Shown here: positions 38,865 through 51,923 of the stretch, one piece after another
Layout of the letters: each line of letters starts with the position of its first letter
Numbering within the stretch: position 1 is the first letter of the stretch
DNA from: Anolis carolinensis
Taxonomy: Eukaryota
Direction: 5' to 3'
NCBI RefSeq assembly: GCF_035594765.1
Contig: NC_085842.1
Location: 17,398,782-17,462,781, forward strand
DNA: 64,000 nucleotides
Made by a program: the position numbers and the translations under genes
Notes under the pieces: model-generated
Told to the model about the DNA's origin: nothing
The model's input: the letters and a program-made list of their open reading frames with translations, nothing else
The model's database searches: none

Positions 38865-40560
38865 CTTACTGGCTCAACTACAACATTGGCGTTTTGGGAT
38901 TTGGTGAAGCAACTGAACTCTTGGGCAGAGAAGGAGGCCTTCACTCGACAGCAGGCATGGGAACACTCCAGGCCTCCCTCCAGGTATTTTGGACTTCAAC
39001 TCCTATGGGCTGTTAGGAATTGTGGGAATTGAAGTCCAAAGCACCTGAAGTTTGCCCATGCCTGCTCTGCAGTGTAGTTCGGAGGTGTACCCTGGCACAG
39101 AAATGCAAGGGAGAGGCAGGAGCAAGGAGCAGTGCCCGCCGCCGAGGGACTCCCTCACCCCGTTCGTGCATGATCCAGACAGAGCAGGAGCGGGCTCAGT
39201 CTGCCACAGGAGCCATCCAGAGCAACGGAGGATGCGAGAGGGAGTCCCTCGCGGAGGGATGCCGCCGAATGAATCTGAGGGGCTCTGGAGCCGGTTCAGA
39301 GTGAGCGAGGAGAAGGAGGAGAAGAGGAGGAGGCTGCTCGCCAAAGCAAGTCAGGCGAGGCGGGACAGGGGCGGAGCTAGGCAGGTCCCACTCTCTCCAA
39401 AAGTGTCCCATCCCAAGGAAATCCAAAGGTGGGAGGGAAGGTAGAAAGGGGAGGGAGGAGGAGACACAAGCAAGTGCAACAGACACACACAAAGTCTCCT
39501 TGCGGAGATCCTCCATTCGTTCCTGGCGGAAGAAGAGTTCAAGCAGTCTCTGCAGTAGCAAGGGAAGGATTTTGCCTGTTGTTATTTTCCCTCCTCGATC
39601 TCCAAAAGTCTCCAAAGGGAGAGGAGACGGAGACACACACACACACACACACTCTTGCCTGGGAGATTGGGAGGGAGATCTCCCACGATCCCTCCACTCC
39701 TTCGTGGGGGGAGGAGGGTTCAGAGGAGGATGGCTGCAAGCAGAGGTTTCGTGAGCGACCCTGGGAGGAGAAGGCGGGAGCGCCTCAACCCGGGCAATTG
39801 CCTGACTTGGCTCGCCACCCCCCCTGGATCACTCCAGGGAATCACTGATTTAAACAATTGAAGACAGAAGAGACTCAGAATTCTCAACACGCCTTTTCTT
39901 CAGGATAAACTAGATTAATTCTGACTTAGTTTTTCAGAAACACCATGTGTCTTTGGAGGTTGAATACGCACATCTGTAATAGATTTTCTATTATTTATAT
40001 GTTATAGATAGGAAAAGAAAGCCTCACATAACCAGTATGCATGAATTGATAGAAAACAATGTATCAGTTATGCTTTATTAGGTATTTCTTAAAAGAAAAC
40101 CCATTCCCACATACATAGAATTACATGGCACACAGGGCTGTTACTCATTATCAAACCCACTTCTCATCAAACTTCTCAATTAAATGTCTTTTTAATCCTG
40201 ATTATACATGACAGGAAATATTTGCAATAATAAAAATACATGAATGGATGAAAAATCCAGAAATATCTTTCCTTTAGCTCTCAAAATATTATCAGTTATG
40301 CTTAATGAGATATTTCATCAAAGAAAATCAATCAGGCTTTTTAATTCAGTGTTTCTATGACAAGGATTCATGCCCCCTCTGATGTAAAACAAGGGATGCT
40401 GCCTTTAACTCATTTTTATCTTGTGGGTTGACAATTTAAAAAGAAGGCTTGTATTTCAACTGCAGATCTTTCCACACTCTGGTTTGTTTCCACTGTGTGA
40501 TTTCCTTGATGACAACTAAAGCCGTGGTTGTGACTGAAGTTCTCTCCACACACTGTGCAT

Positions 40561-41840
40561 TTAAATGGGCTTTACTTCTGTGTGAGTTGCCTGATGACGA
40601 ATAAGGCTTCTCTTTTCACTGAAGCTCTTTTCACACTGCATGCATTTAAATGGCTTCTCTCCTGTGTGAGTTGCCTGATGACTAATAAGGTGGTGCTTTA
40701 GACTAAAGCTTTTTTCACACAGCAAGAATTTGAATGGATTTACTCCTGTGTGAGTTACCTGATGACTAATAAGGTGGTGCTTGTGACTGAAGCACTTTTC
40801 ACACTGCAAGCATTTGAATGGCTTTACTCCTGTGTGAGTTGACTGATGACTAATAAGGTTTCCCTTTTGACTGAAGCTCTTTTCACACACTGAGCATTTA
40901 AATGGCTTCTCTCGTGTGTGAGTTGCATGATGACGAATAAGGTTTCCCTTATGACTAAAGCTCTTTTCACACACTGAGCATTTGAATGGCTTTACTCCTG
41001 TGTGAGTTGACTGATGACTAATAAGGTGGTGCTTGTGACTGAAGCACTTTTCACACTGCAAGCATTTGAATGGCTTTACTCCTGTGTGAGTTGACTGATG
41101 ACTAATAAGGTGTCCCTTTTGACTGAAGCTCTTTTCACACACTGAGCATTTAAATGGCTTCTCTCGTGTGTGAGTTGCATGATGACGAATAAGGTTTCCC
41201 TTATTACTAAAGCTCTTTTCACACTGCAAGCATTTAAATGGTTTTACTCCTGTGTGAGTTGCCTGATGACAAATAAGGATGTGTTTTTGACTGAAGCTCT
41301 TTTCACACTGCAGGCATTTAAATGGCTTCATTCCTGTGTGAGTTACCTGATGACTAATAAAGTTTCTCTTTTCACTAAAGCTCTTTCCACATTCTGAGCA
41401 CTTGAATGGCTTTATTCCTGTATGAATTGCTACTTGGTGACCAACAAGGCCTCCCTTATGACTGAAGCTCTTTCCGCACTGCGAGCATTTAAATGTCTTT
41501 ACTCTTGTGTGAATTGCCTGATGGCAAACAAGGTATGATTTGTGACTGAAGCTCTTTCCACATTCTTGGCATTTAAACAGTTTTTCTCCTGCGTGAGTTG
41601 ACTCATGACAAACAAGGTCTGATTTCTGACTGAAGCTCTTTCCACACTCTCGGCATTTAAACAGTCTCTCTCCTGTGTGAGTTTTTTGATGGCAAACGAG
41701 GTCTGATTTCTGACTGAAGCTCTTTCCACACTCTGGGCATCTGAATGGTGTCTCTCTTGTGTGAGTTCTGTGATGATAAACAAGGCCAAACTTGCTATAG
41801 AAACGTTTTCCACATTCCAAACATTCAAATGGTGTATCCG
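40561..41840 (-). CDS. C2H2 zinc-finger exon of gene C
   Basis: 419-aa ORF of tandem C2H2 fingers, extendable to the TAG| acceptor at 41840. Confidence 0.92.
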
Positions 41841-42011
41841 CTATTTACATGGTTTGAGAAGAAGCGAAGTGTGACCATGTGTAGAAAAGAAAAGCTTATA
41901 TTAGATTAAAGTTAAAAAGTATACAAATAACAAAATGCATTCAGTTGAGATAGTCCTTTCCTACAATCCTTTACAACACTAGCTGTTAAGAGATCTGCCT
42001 GATGCCACAAA

Positions 42012-42069
<58 letters not shown>

Positions 42070-45000
42070 CTTTATATCTAGACCACCCTTTCTCCCCAGA
42101 GGGACTCAGGGTGGTTAACATACATATAAGCGGCAAACATTCAATGCCACAATTTCATCGCTAATATCAAAAATATAAAATGAAAATAACATACATTATA
42201 ATAAAAATTCCACATTAGAAAAAACAATAAATTTGAACATAACAGTCAGTAAAAACATTATTGCACAGAGTGAGCGCATACCTGGACGTATTTAAATGAC
42301 CAAGTTGCTTAAAATGTTCAGTCTTTGATCTAGTTTCACGTAGACCATAGCTGCTATAGGGTGGCAGTTATGTTAAGGTAGGTGAACTTATGGCATCAGG
42401 CAGCAGAACAAATACCAGCATTCAGGTTAGAAGCCAGAATGAAGTTGCCATTTTAAAAAGGACTGAATGAAGACACACAAAACTGGAGATTGACATTCTG
42501 TTTCTGTTTTGGCACTCGTTATATTATTGATTAAATGTTATTTCTCCCATTTTAACCCCTAGGTCTTTTTTTAAACCACCCAGCTACTGCTCAATTAGTA
42601 GAGGAACAAGGCAAGATCTGTTTTATATCGTCAGCCTCAAAAGTGTGGACTGGTATTTATTGTATTAATTTTTATGTATGGAAAAACAATATATATGCAA
42701 GTCAGAGTGTGTATGAATGAACTAGAAAGGCTCCGGAAATAACTTGAGAGACTTGGCTCAAACCCTTCATGGACTAACTTAAAATACTGGCTAGATTTAA
42801 AATAAAAGTCCACTCATCTTGGACCAAAGATCAAAATATGTGTATATATAGTGGGAGAAAGTGGGTGTATGCATGCTAATTCACTTCTGTTCAATGTCTG
42901 GAGCTTTCAACCCCGGCCTCTCCTGGGGGCTGTACACAGCAGAAACGGGAGTGAACCTGACTAACTGTCTGATTTCTCACTGCAGAGGTGAAGGGGCCAA
43001 ACTGAGGCCATCCTACTTTGGACATAAGCATGGGATATTGCACCTCACTGGAAAAGATAATAATGTTCTGCAAAGTGGAAAGAAGGAGGGAAAGAGAAAG
43101 GTTGAATTACAGTGGTTTGAGCCACCCAAGGAAACTTGTTTATGCAACAGACTGCTTTGGTAACCTTGATTGACGGCCTACAGAGGGACAAAGACAGATG
43201 TGGAGGATGTGTCCCTATTGATTCCAATGAGCATTTCAGCAGGTCTTAATACCAGCAACAATGGTATCCTTCCTCTGTAGATGGGAATTGGAGACATTTT
43301 ACAGTGGCCCCTTTCCTTCCGGTAGAGGCAAACCCAGAAAGTGCTGATTCCTGTTCGATCCCTTGCCCATTGACTGTGGGATCCCCCCGGGCATCTGTCT
43401 TGTCCCCTCTGTAATTAACAGATACAGGATAGCTCATCCAGAGTTTTGGGGTGTGGTGCCTCTATATGCAGATGACACCAAGCTCTACTCCTCCTTTCCA
43501 ACTAAACCAATGTCTCTCACCCGTAATGGGCTGGAGGGGGCAAACTGGAACTTAATCCAGAACAGATAGAGGTGCTACAGGTCGGTCAGAAGGCAGATAA
43601 GGGAACAGGGATTCAGCCTGTGATGGATGGGGTTACATTACCACTGAAGACACGGTTCCGCAGTTTGGGGGATACTCCTTGGACTGGAAATGGAATTTGA
43701 AGTCCCAGGTTTCATGCATGGCCAGGAGTGCCTTGTACATTGCACATTTTTGCACCTACTGCAGCTGTTCCTTGAGAGGCTAAACCTGCCCATAGTGTTA
43801 CATGTCTGTTCTCTCCCATCTGGAATATTAGAATACACTCTATCTGGGGCAGCCTTTGAAGATTTTTAAAACCTTTGGCTGTCCAAAGAATTGCAGTCAG
43901 ACTGTTAACTAGGGCTGGTTACAGAGAGCAAACAAGTCATTATTGGGCTTTATATTGGAATACATTTGTACCAAGTTCAGAAATTCCAGTTGTTTCAAAA
44001 TACGGCAGCCTCTTTGGTTGCAAGAACATCCAGGAGTGAACATATTACACATATCCTAAAGTTGCTCCACTGGCTACCAATTCGATTCCAGGCAAAGTAC
44101 AAAGTGTTGGTTTTGACCTTTACAGTCCTATATGATTTGGGTCCAGGTTATCTACAGGTATGCCTTCTCCCATACAATCAGCCCCAAACATTTAGGTCCT
44201 CTGGGGGGTGTCTGCTCCAGACTGCCAGAACCCGACTGTCAACCGCCATCCAGAGGGCCTGTTCATCAGCAACCCCAAGACTGTGGAATTACCTGCCATT
44301 AGAGTTCCAACAGCTAGATCAGCTGTTTGAATTTAAGACACAAGTGAAGACCTATCTCTTCCAGAAGGCCTTCCCAGTCAGTTCTAATGATGAATTTCAA
44401 ACTTCAACTATACATTAAACATTTGTATTGTTTATATTAATATTTTAAAATATGTGTATTTTACGGAGTGCTTTTAAATGATGATTATGTGTTTTAACAA
44501 TGCTATATGCCACCTCAAGCTGTGAGGAGAGGCGGGTAAGGAATAAAATTACTATTATTTGCTGCCACGGCTCCACTGGCTGCCCATCTGTTTCCACACA
44601 ATTCAAATAGCTGGTTATGACCTATAAAGACCTAAATGTCTCAGGTTCAGCCTGTGTGATTGATTGTATCTCCTTATACAAACATACCTGGGCGCTACAA
44701 TCCCCAAGAGAAGCCCTTCTCTTACTCTCACCACCATGACAAGCATGGTTGGTGGATGGAAAATAACCACTGCCTAGAATTCATCTAATGTGGCAACTCC
44801 ACCCAAGTGCCAATTGTCTTCTTGGGCTGGCCCCTATATGGATATGGAATGAGCTTGTTTTCTATGGCTTCAGAGGAAGAGATCTGAAATACTGGATAAT
44901 GTTGAGAACTTGTAAATTGATTTTGTTAATTACAAGCATAATGGAGCCTTACCCAGAGATGACACAATCCCTAAATTCTCCTCCATGACTTGCTGGTGCA

Positions 45001-48000
45001 AGGCTTTTTGTCTTGGATCCAAGAGGGCCCACTCCTCCGCTGAGAAATCCACAGACACATCTTCAAAAGTCACCTGAAGACAAAAAAATGTTATTTGTGA
45101 GGAGAAAATGCCAACTAAGTAAGAAAAAAACAGGCCATTTGTGATTTATATTTTTGAATCAGTCATTCATAGAAATCATCTTGGATTGAAGGAATGTAGA
45201 AGACAGACGTTTATTTAGAGACAGGGCAATAGTCAAGGGACAAGGAGACTCGTCTTCCCCTCCCCTCCAGGGATCCTGCTGCCTACCTGATCTGGTCCCA
45301 CAGAATCACTTCTTAGAAGAGAATCATGAAAAGTTGTGCTACTATCAATTCCCCATGTTTCACTGCCTGTAAAAGAGAGGAAAGACATCAGGGAGGGTGA
45401 GATCAGTCCCTTTTCCAGGCTGCCCCACAGTTCCTTCCCTCAGAAGCCTGCCACTATCTCCTTGCCCCGTGACCTTTTTTAAAACTCCCTCTTTGGATTT
45501 GGGTCCCAGGTCTTTAATGTGGACTATTTTGTTTGATGGCGGTATTGTGAAGTAATCCCAGGAAATGTAGGGACCACAGAACCACTGGCAATTATCTTCG
45601 AGAGTTCTTGGAGAACGGGAGAAGTCCCAGCAGATTGGAGGAGGGCGAATGTGGTCCCTATCTTCAAGAAGGGAAAAAAGAACGACCCAAACAATTACCG
45701 TCCGGTCAGCCTCACATCAATACCAGGCAAAATTCTGGAAAAGATCATTAAGGAAGTGGTCTGCGAACACTTAGAAACAAATGCGGTCATTGCTAATAGT
45801 CAACACGGATTTACCAAAAACAAGTCATGCCAGACTAATCTGATCTCTTTTTTCGATAGAGTTACGAGTTGGGTCGATACAGGGAATGCTGTGGATGTAG
45901 CGTACCTGGATTTCAGTAAGGCCTTCGACAAAGTCCCCCACGACCTTCTGGCAAACAAACTAGTAAAATGTGGGCTAGAAAAAACTACGGTTAGGTGGAT
46001 CTGTAATTGGCTAAGCGAACGAACCCAAAGGGTGCTCACCAATGCGTCGTCTTCATCATGGAAAGAAGTGACAAGTGGAGTGCCGCAGGGCTCCGTCCTG
46101 GGCCCGGTTCTGTTCAACATCTTTATTAACGACTTAGACGAAGGGTTAGAAGGCACGATCATCAAGTTTGCAGACGACACAAAACTGGGAGGGATAGCTA
46201 ACACTCCAGAAGACAGGAGCAGAATTCAAAACGATCTTGACAGACTAGAGAGATGGGCCAAAACTAACAAAATGAAGTTCAACAGGGACAAATGCAAGAT
46301 GCTTCACTTCGGCAGAAAAAATGGAAATCAAAGATACAGAATGGGGGACGCCTGGCTTGACAGCAGTGTGTGCGAAAAAGACCTTGGAGTCCTCGTGGAC
46401 AACAAGTTAAACATGAGCCAACAATGTGATGCGGCTGCTAAAAAAGCCAATGGGATTCTGGCCTGCATCAATAGGGGAATAGCGTCTAGATCCAGGGAAG
46501 TTATGCTCCCCCTCTATTCTGCCTTGGTCAGACCACACCTGGAATACTGTGTCCAATTTTGGGCACCACAGTTGAAGGGAGATGTTGACAAGCTGGAAAG
46601 CGTCCAGAGGAGGGCGACTAAAATGATTAAGGGTCTGGAGAACAAGCCCTATGAGGAGCGGCTTAAAGAGCTGGGCATGTTTAGCCTGCAGAAGAGAAGG
46701 CTGAGAGGAGACATGATAGCCATGTACAAATATGTGAAGGGAAGTCATAGGGAGGAGGGAGCAAGCTTGTTTTCTGCTGCCCTGCAGACTAGGACACGGA
46801 ACAATGGCTTCAAACTACAGGAAAGGAGATTCCACCTGAACATCAGGAAGAACTTCCTCACTGTGAGAGCTGTTCGACAGTGGAACTCTCTCCCCGGGGC
46901 CGTGGTGGAGGCTCCTTCCTTGGAGGCTTTTAAGCAGAGGCTGGATGGCCATCTGTCGGGGGTGCTTTGAATGCGATTTCCTGCTTCTTAGCAGGGGGTT
47001 GGACTAGATGGCCCATGTGGTCTCTTCCAACTCTACTATTCTATGATTCTATGATTCTATGAGTTAGCGGTATTAGTTTCTGTATTTGTGCCAATTTAGC
47101 CAAGAGCATATTCACCACCATAAACATTCAGAGAAGCAAAGGAATCAAGTAACTTTGAAAGTGGCACAAATAAGTATTGTAGGGAAATGTCTCCTGTCAG
47201 CAGCATTCTTAAGCTCCCAGGCTCCCCAGTTTTTTCCAATTCACACAGCTCAGACATTTCAGGTCTACTCAAGAGGTGAGGAAGCAAGAAGGACCACCAC
47301 CATCCCTTACCAACTGTCAAATATGCTCCATTTCCAGTCTGGGCAACGCACATGGTGTCTGAAGGAGACTCCTCCACCTGACTAGTCTCATCTGCAGAAG
47401 AGTCCTGCACCTGAACAAGCAGCACAGATCACAAAGAAAAAGTAAGATTAGAAATTTGGGAGGGCTCTCTTTCTGCAACCTGTTCCAGACTGTTTGGATT
47501 ATGGTTGGGACCCAAGACCGGTTTTCTTCATTCTTGTCCTTCCTTGATTTTGGTGGGGGAATTCTGCCTTCCTTTGGGCACTGCACTCTGCTTCAGGACT
47601 CAATCTGAAGAGAATGGGCTACTGTTGAGATGAAAGAACTACTTTACGTAATCCTGGGGTTGTTATTTGGGGATACCCTAGAGGGGTTCTTGGGCTGAGT
47701 AACCTAAGTCTGTATATCTGTGCTTTCAGGTCCCTGTTGAGCTATCTCTACCTCTGAATAACATACAGTTTCTTAGGGAAAGAATATTCAGAAATGGCTC
47801 TGAAATCCAGATGTTTCCTCTGAAATACACACCACTGGAATTCTCAATACATTCCTTTTACTCTTAAAAGTTTGCCATCCTATAACTTCAGGTCATCAAC
47901 CCTGGTTACAACCACCCTGGGGAATGGAGGTGACTGCCCCCTCTTCACCATGGGAGCCCTTGGGGGATGCAAAGGGGGCAGTTGTGGCACTCCACGTCTC

Positions 48001-49644
48001 TTTTCCAGGGCTGAGCTAAAGCTCAAAAGTGACATGCACAAGAAGTGGAAAAGGGGAGAAATCACCAAAGAAGAATTCAAACGTATAGCCAACACCTGTA
48101 GGGAAAAGGTTCGCAAGGCTAAAGCGCAAAATGAGCTCAGGCTTGCCAGGGACATAAAAAACAACAAAAAAGGCTTTTTGCTTACGTTGGTAGAAAAAGG
48201 AAGAAAAAGGAGGCGATAAGGCCACTGCAAGGAGAAGATGGGGTGATGGCAACAGGGGACAGGGAAAAGGCAGAACTACTTAATGCCTTCTTTGCCTCAG
48301 TCTTCTCACAAAAAGAAAGCCATCTTCAACCCCAGCAACATGGAATGGACGAAGGATTGGGGGAAATCCAACCCCAAATAGGGAAACAAGTTGTCCAGGA
48401 ACACCTGGCCACTCTAAACGAATTCAAGTCCCCAGGGCCAGATCAGCTACATCCAAGAGTACTGAAGGAACTAGCGGAAGTTATTTCAGAACCACTGGCA
48501 ATTATCTTCGAGAGTTCTTGGAGAACAGGAGAAGTCCCAGCAGATTGGAGGGCGGCGAATGTGGTCCCTATCTTCAAGAAGGGAAAAAAGAACGACCCAA
48601 ACAATTACCGTCTGGTCAGCCTCACATCAATACCAGGCAAAATTCTGGAAAAGATCATTAAGGAAGTGGTCTGCGAACACTTAGAAACAAATGCGGTCAT
48701 TGCTAATAGTCAACATGGATTTACCAAAAACAAGTCATGCCAGACTAATCTGATCTCTTTTTTCGATAGAGTTACGAGTTGGGTCGATACAGGGAATGCT
48801 GTGGATGTAGCGTACCTGGATTTCAGTAAGGCCTTCGACAAAGTCCCCCACGACCTTCTGGCAAACAAACTAGTAAAATGTGGGCTAGACAAAACTACGG
48901 TTAGGTGGATCTGTAATTGGCTAAGCGAACGAACCCAAAGGGTGCTCACAATGCGTCGTCTTCATCATGGAAAGAAGTGACAAGTGGAGTGCCGCAGGGC
49001 TCCGTCCTGGGCCCGGTTCTGTTCAACATCTTTATTAACGACTTAGATGGCCCATGTGGTCTCTTCCAACTCTACTATTCTATGATTCTAGGGCGAACAC
49101 ACCTGGGTCCTAATGATTCTCTGAACTCATTCCACCTTAAAGTTAGCTTTCCAAAATTGAATCCTTCAAAACAATTGTTCTTGGTTCCTTGAAACAAAAA
49201 GAGGAACCTCTCTCTCTCTCTGTCTCTTACCTGGGGCTTCTCCCTCTTCCTCTCCTCTTCCTGACTCAGGAGGAATCCTTCAGCCAAAGCCACGGCCTGG
49301 GAACTGGTCTCTGCCCCACATTCCCTCACCCAGAGCTCCATCTCCACAGGAAGGATGGCCAGGAACTGATCCAGGATCACCAGGTCCAGCATCTCCGCCT
49401 TGGAATGTCGCTCAGGCTTCAGCCACAGGCGGCAGAGAGAGTGGAGGCGGCTGCACACCTTCCGGGGCCCCAAGGCCTCCTCATAGCGGAAATGCCGGAA
49501 GTGCTGGCACCGAAGGTCTGAATGGAAGTGATTGCTCTCCTGGTCTTTCCCCCAAAGGTCCTTCCAGAATGTTCTATTGTTCTCTGCCTCAACAGCAGAA
49601 GGAAATACTTTTAACTGGGCGGCAGCTGGCTCTTGCCCTTCCAT
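40561..49644 (-). CDS. SCAN-KRAB-C2H2 ZnF gene C: exons 49231-49644, 47311-47410, 45287-45366, 44953-45073, 40561-41840; 664 aa, 14 intact + 1 degenerate finger
   Basis: Spliced CDS of 414+100+80+121+1280 = 1995 nt is open with GT-AG junctions; close paralog of gene A. Confidence 0.85.
42016..42377 (-). mobile_element. Retroposon 3' fragment with (TTA)n tail in a gene C intron
   Basis: (aat)n followed by tctccccagagggactcagggtggttaaca; flanked by the direct repeat aaggta; absent from the gene B paralogous site near 24750. Confidence 0.6.
44953..45073 (-). CDS. KRAB-A exon of gene C
   Basis: [40 protein letters not shown] with AG/GT boundaries. Confidence 0.9.
45574..47060 (+). mobile_element. 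Young 5'-truncated CR1 LINE (uninterrupted RT C-terminal frame 45651-46970)
   Basis: [30 protein letters not shown] and KFADDTKL motifs; (ATTCTATG)n tail; absent from the gene A paralogous site near 1083. Confidence 0.95.
48012..49089 (+). mobile_element. Young CR1 LINE, 5'-truncated with an 870-nt internal deletion
   Basis: TSD AGGGC (48007-48011, 49090-49094); near-identical to 45577-46138; ORF2 is joined to the 3'UTR at a TAGA microhomology (49044-49047). Confidence 0.9.
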
Positions 49645-49747
49645 CTTGGTTCTGTGGTTCTAGGCTGCCTCCAAAATGGATGAAGATGTGTCCACCTCTT
49701 CCCTCAAATGACTTTCAGAGTGTGAGGCCTGGGAGAACTGGTGGAAC
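49231..49747 (-). CDS. SCAN exon of gene C (ATG at 49644)
   Basis: SCAN ORF with acceptor at 49747 and donor at 49231. Confidence 0.9.
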
Positions 49748-50587
49748 CTGCAAAGAAAATGAGAAGAATGAGCTCACATAAATATCCTTGAGCAAGGACA
49801 ATGTTTTGTCATGCATGTTGAATTGCTGACTGTCTTCTGGATGTGGAGGGAATAGATTCAGGAGGGATCCTCTCCTTCCCAAAGACCTAAACCATCACTC
49901 GGGCCTTGTCCATTACTTGGTCCGTTTCCAGGCAGGTCCTCGTGGGGGGGGGGGGGGGGGGCTGAAGCCTGTTAGGAATTGTGGGAGTTGAAGTCCAAAA
50001 CACCTGGAGGGAAGGCCAAAGTGTTCCCATGCCTGGGCTAGCCTGTCTCCACTGTCTTCCTCATAATCAACCAAATGTATCCTGCTAATTTTCCCTTCAC
50101 TGGAGGTCCTCTATTTTGAAGCAGATGGAAGCCTCAAGAGGACCTAGCAACTGTACCCTCAAACTAAACCCTTCAATTAATGCATTGAATGATACTTTGG
50201 GGTATACTGTATTAATATTGTATAAGGTCGGAATCAAATGTATTGTGAAGGCACCTGTTCCCCAGGGATGGTAACCCAAAGAGAGACTAAAGAGGAAAAT
50301 GAAACAAGAAAAGGAACAATAAGTGATGTTTATAAATTATTGCTAGAAGATAAACAGAAACAAGATCACCTTAGAAAATTATTGGGAAAAATTGAATAAA
50401 CAAGAATGGAAAAGAATATGGAATTTTGTATTTTTCAAAAATAAGTCTATAAGAATTAAGGAAAATTATTATAAAGGAATATGGAGGTGGCATTTAACCC
50501 ATTAGATTAAATCAGATAGACAAGAAATACTCTAACCAATGTTGGAGAGGCTGCCAGGAAGTAGGTTCATACATTCCTATGTGTTGG

Positions 50588-51482
50588 AACACTGTTTCCA
50601 TCCTAAATACCTTGGTGTCACCTTAGACCGAACACTAACATATAGGAAACACTGCATGAACACCAAGCACAAAGTAGCTGCACGCAACAACATCCTGCGG
50701 AAACTGACTGGCAGCGCATGGGGTGCAGACCCACAAGTAATAAGAACATCAGCCCTGGCCTTGTCTTTCTCAACTGCTGAGTACGCGTGTCCTGTTTGGT
50801 ACAAGTCTGCCCATGCAAAGCAGGTGGACATAGCACTGAACGAAACATGCAGAATCATCACAGGATGCCTTAAACCTACACCTGTTGATAAACTCTACAA
50901 GTTAACTGGCATTGCCCCTCCTGACGTGCGACGGCAAGTTGGTGCTAACTGCGAGAGAAAAAAGGTTGAACATTGTGAAAGCCACCCACTGCATGACTAT
51001 CAGCCTCCTCCCACCAGACTCAAATCAAGGAAGGGCTTCATGAGAACCACCACTCCTCTTGATGTTCCTCCAGCAACAGCAAGGGTGTCTCTCTGGGCAG
51101 CTAAACCTGGCAATTCTAACTGGATGGCCCCCCAAGAGGGTCTTCCTCCTGGGGCAAACCAAGAATGGGCAACTTGGAAGTCCCTGAACAGACTCAGAAG
51201 CGGAGTGGGCAGATCTAAAGACAACTTGGCAAGGTGGCACTACCTGGAGGAATCCTCCACCTTGTGTGACTGTGGAGCAGAACAAACAACTCTGCATATG
51301 TATGCTTGCCCACAATGCCCTGACTCATGTACGGAGGAGGAGTTGTTTAAAGCTACGGACAATGCGGTTGCTGTTGCCCGCTTTTGGTCCAAAACTATTT
51401 AGTTGCTTGTGATTTCCTTCCCCCCGCCCCCATCATTTTGAAATGTATTTATTGTACAATGCTTTTGACACGAAATAAATGA
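50588..51482 (+). mobile_element. Young 5'-truncated Vingi (Ingi-related) LINE
   Basis: PKYLGVTLDRTL..WGAD...AEYACPVW and C-terminal CDCG..QT..H..C motifs with an open frame; 9-bp TSD atgtgttgg (50579-50587, 51483-51491); empty site near 14246. Confidence 0.85.
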
Positions 51483-51923
51483 ATGTGTTGGTCATGTAAA
51501 TTTATTTTTAAAAAATTGGAAGACAATATTTAAAGAAATAAGGCAATAATAAAAATAAAATAAAAATACACCAGATCAATGATTTTATAAGCTATATTAA
51601 GACATCAATAATTTTTGTCTTGTTTAAATTTAATGTACCATAATTTTAAAAAAGGAGGACTTAGCAACTGTATCCCAAACTTTATCAACCTTCAAGCCTC
51701 CACTGGTAATTTGTTTGTATGTGATTCTGATTGCTTACTGTATTGTATATGTATGTTTTTTGTATACAGCTTTCCCTTTATTCTGTTTCTTGAGGTTGTG
51801 AGAAGGGCTGCAGACCACGTGATCAGATCTGAGACTGCTCAGAGCTCAGACTCCATTTAGGAGAACAGACTCCAATAGACTCTCAGACTGAAAAGATGCC
51901 ATGTAGACTACGGACTGTTAAGA

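Larger units (their letters stand above)
36535..38885 (-). mobile_element. Solo LTR (about 1.15 kb net) hosting two nested solo LTRs
   Basis: TG...CAACA termini, 5-bp TSD TTGGC (36530-36534, 38886-38890); minus-strand AATAAA at about 36590 and a TATA-like TTAAAAG at about 37431-37437. Confidence 0.8.

Noticed and set aside
50539-50587. Start of the 287-aa ORF as a host-TE fusion gene
   Set aside because: The first 16 codons are flanking L1-relic DNA that happens to be in frame with the truncated Vingi; there is no promoter or splice evidence.
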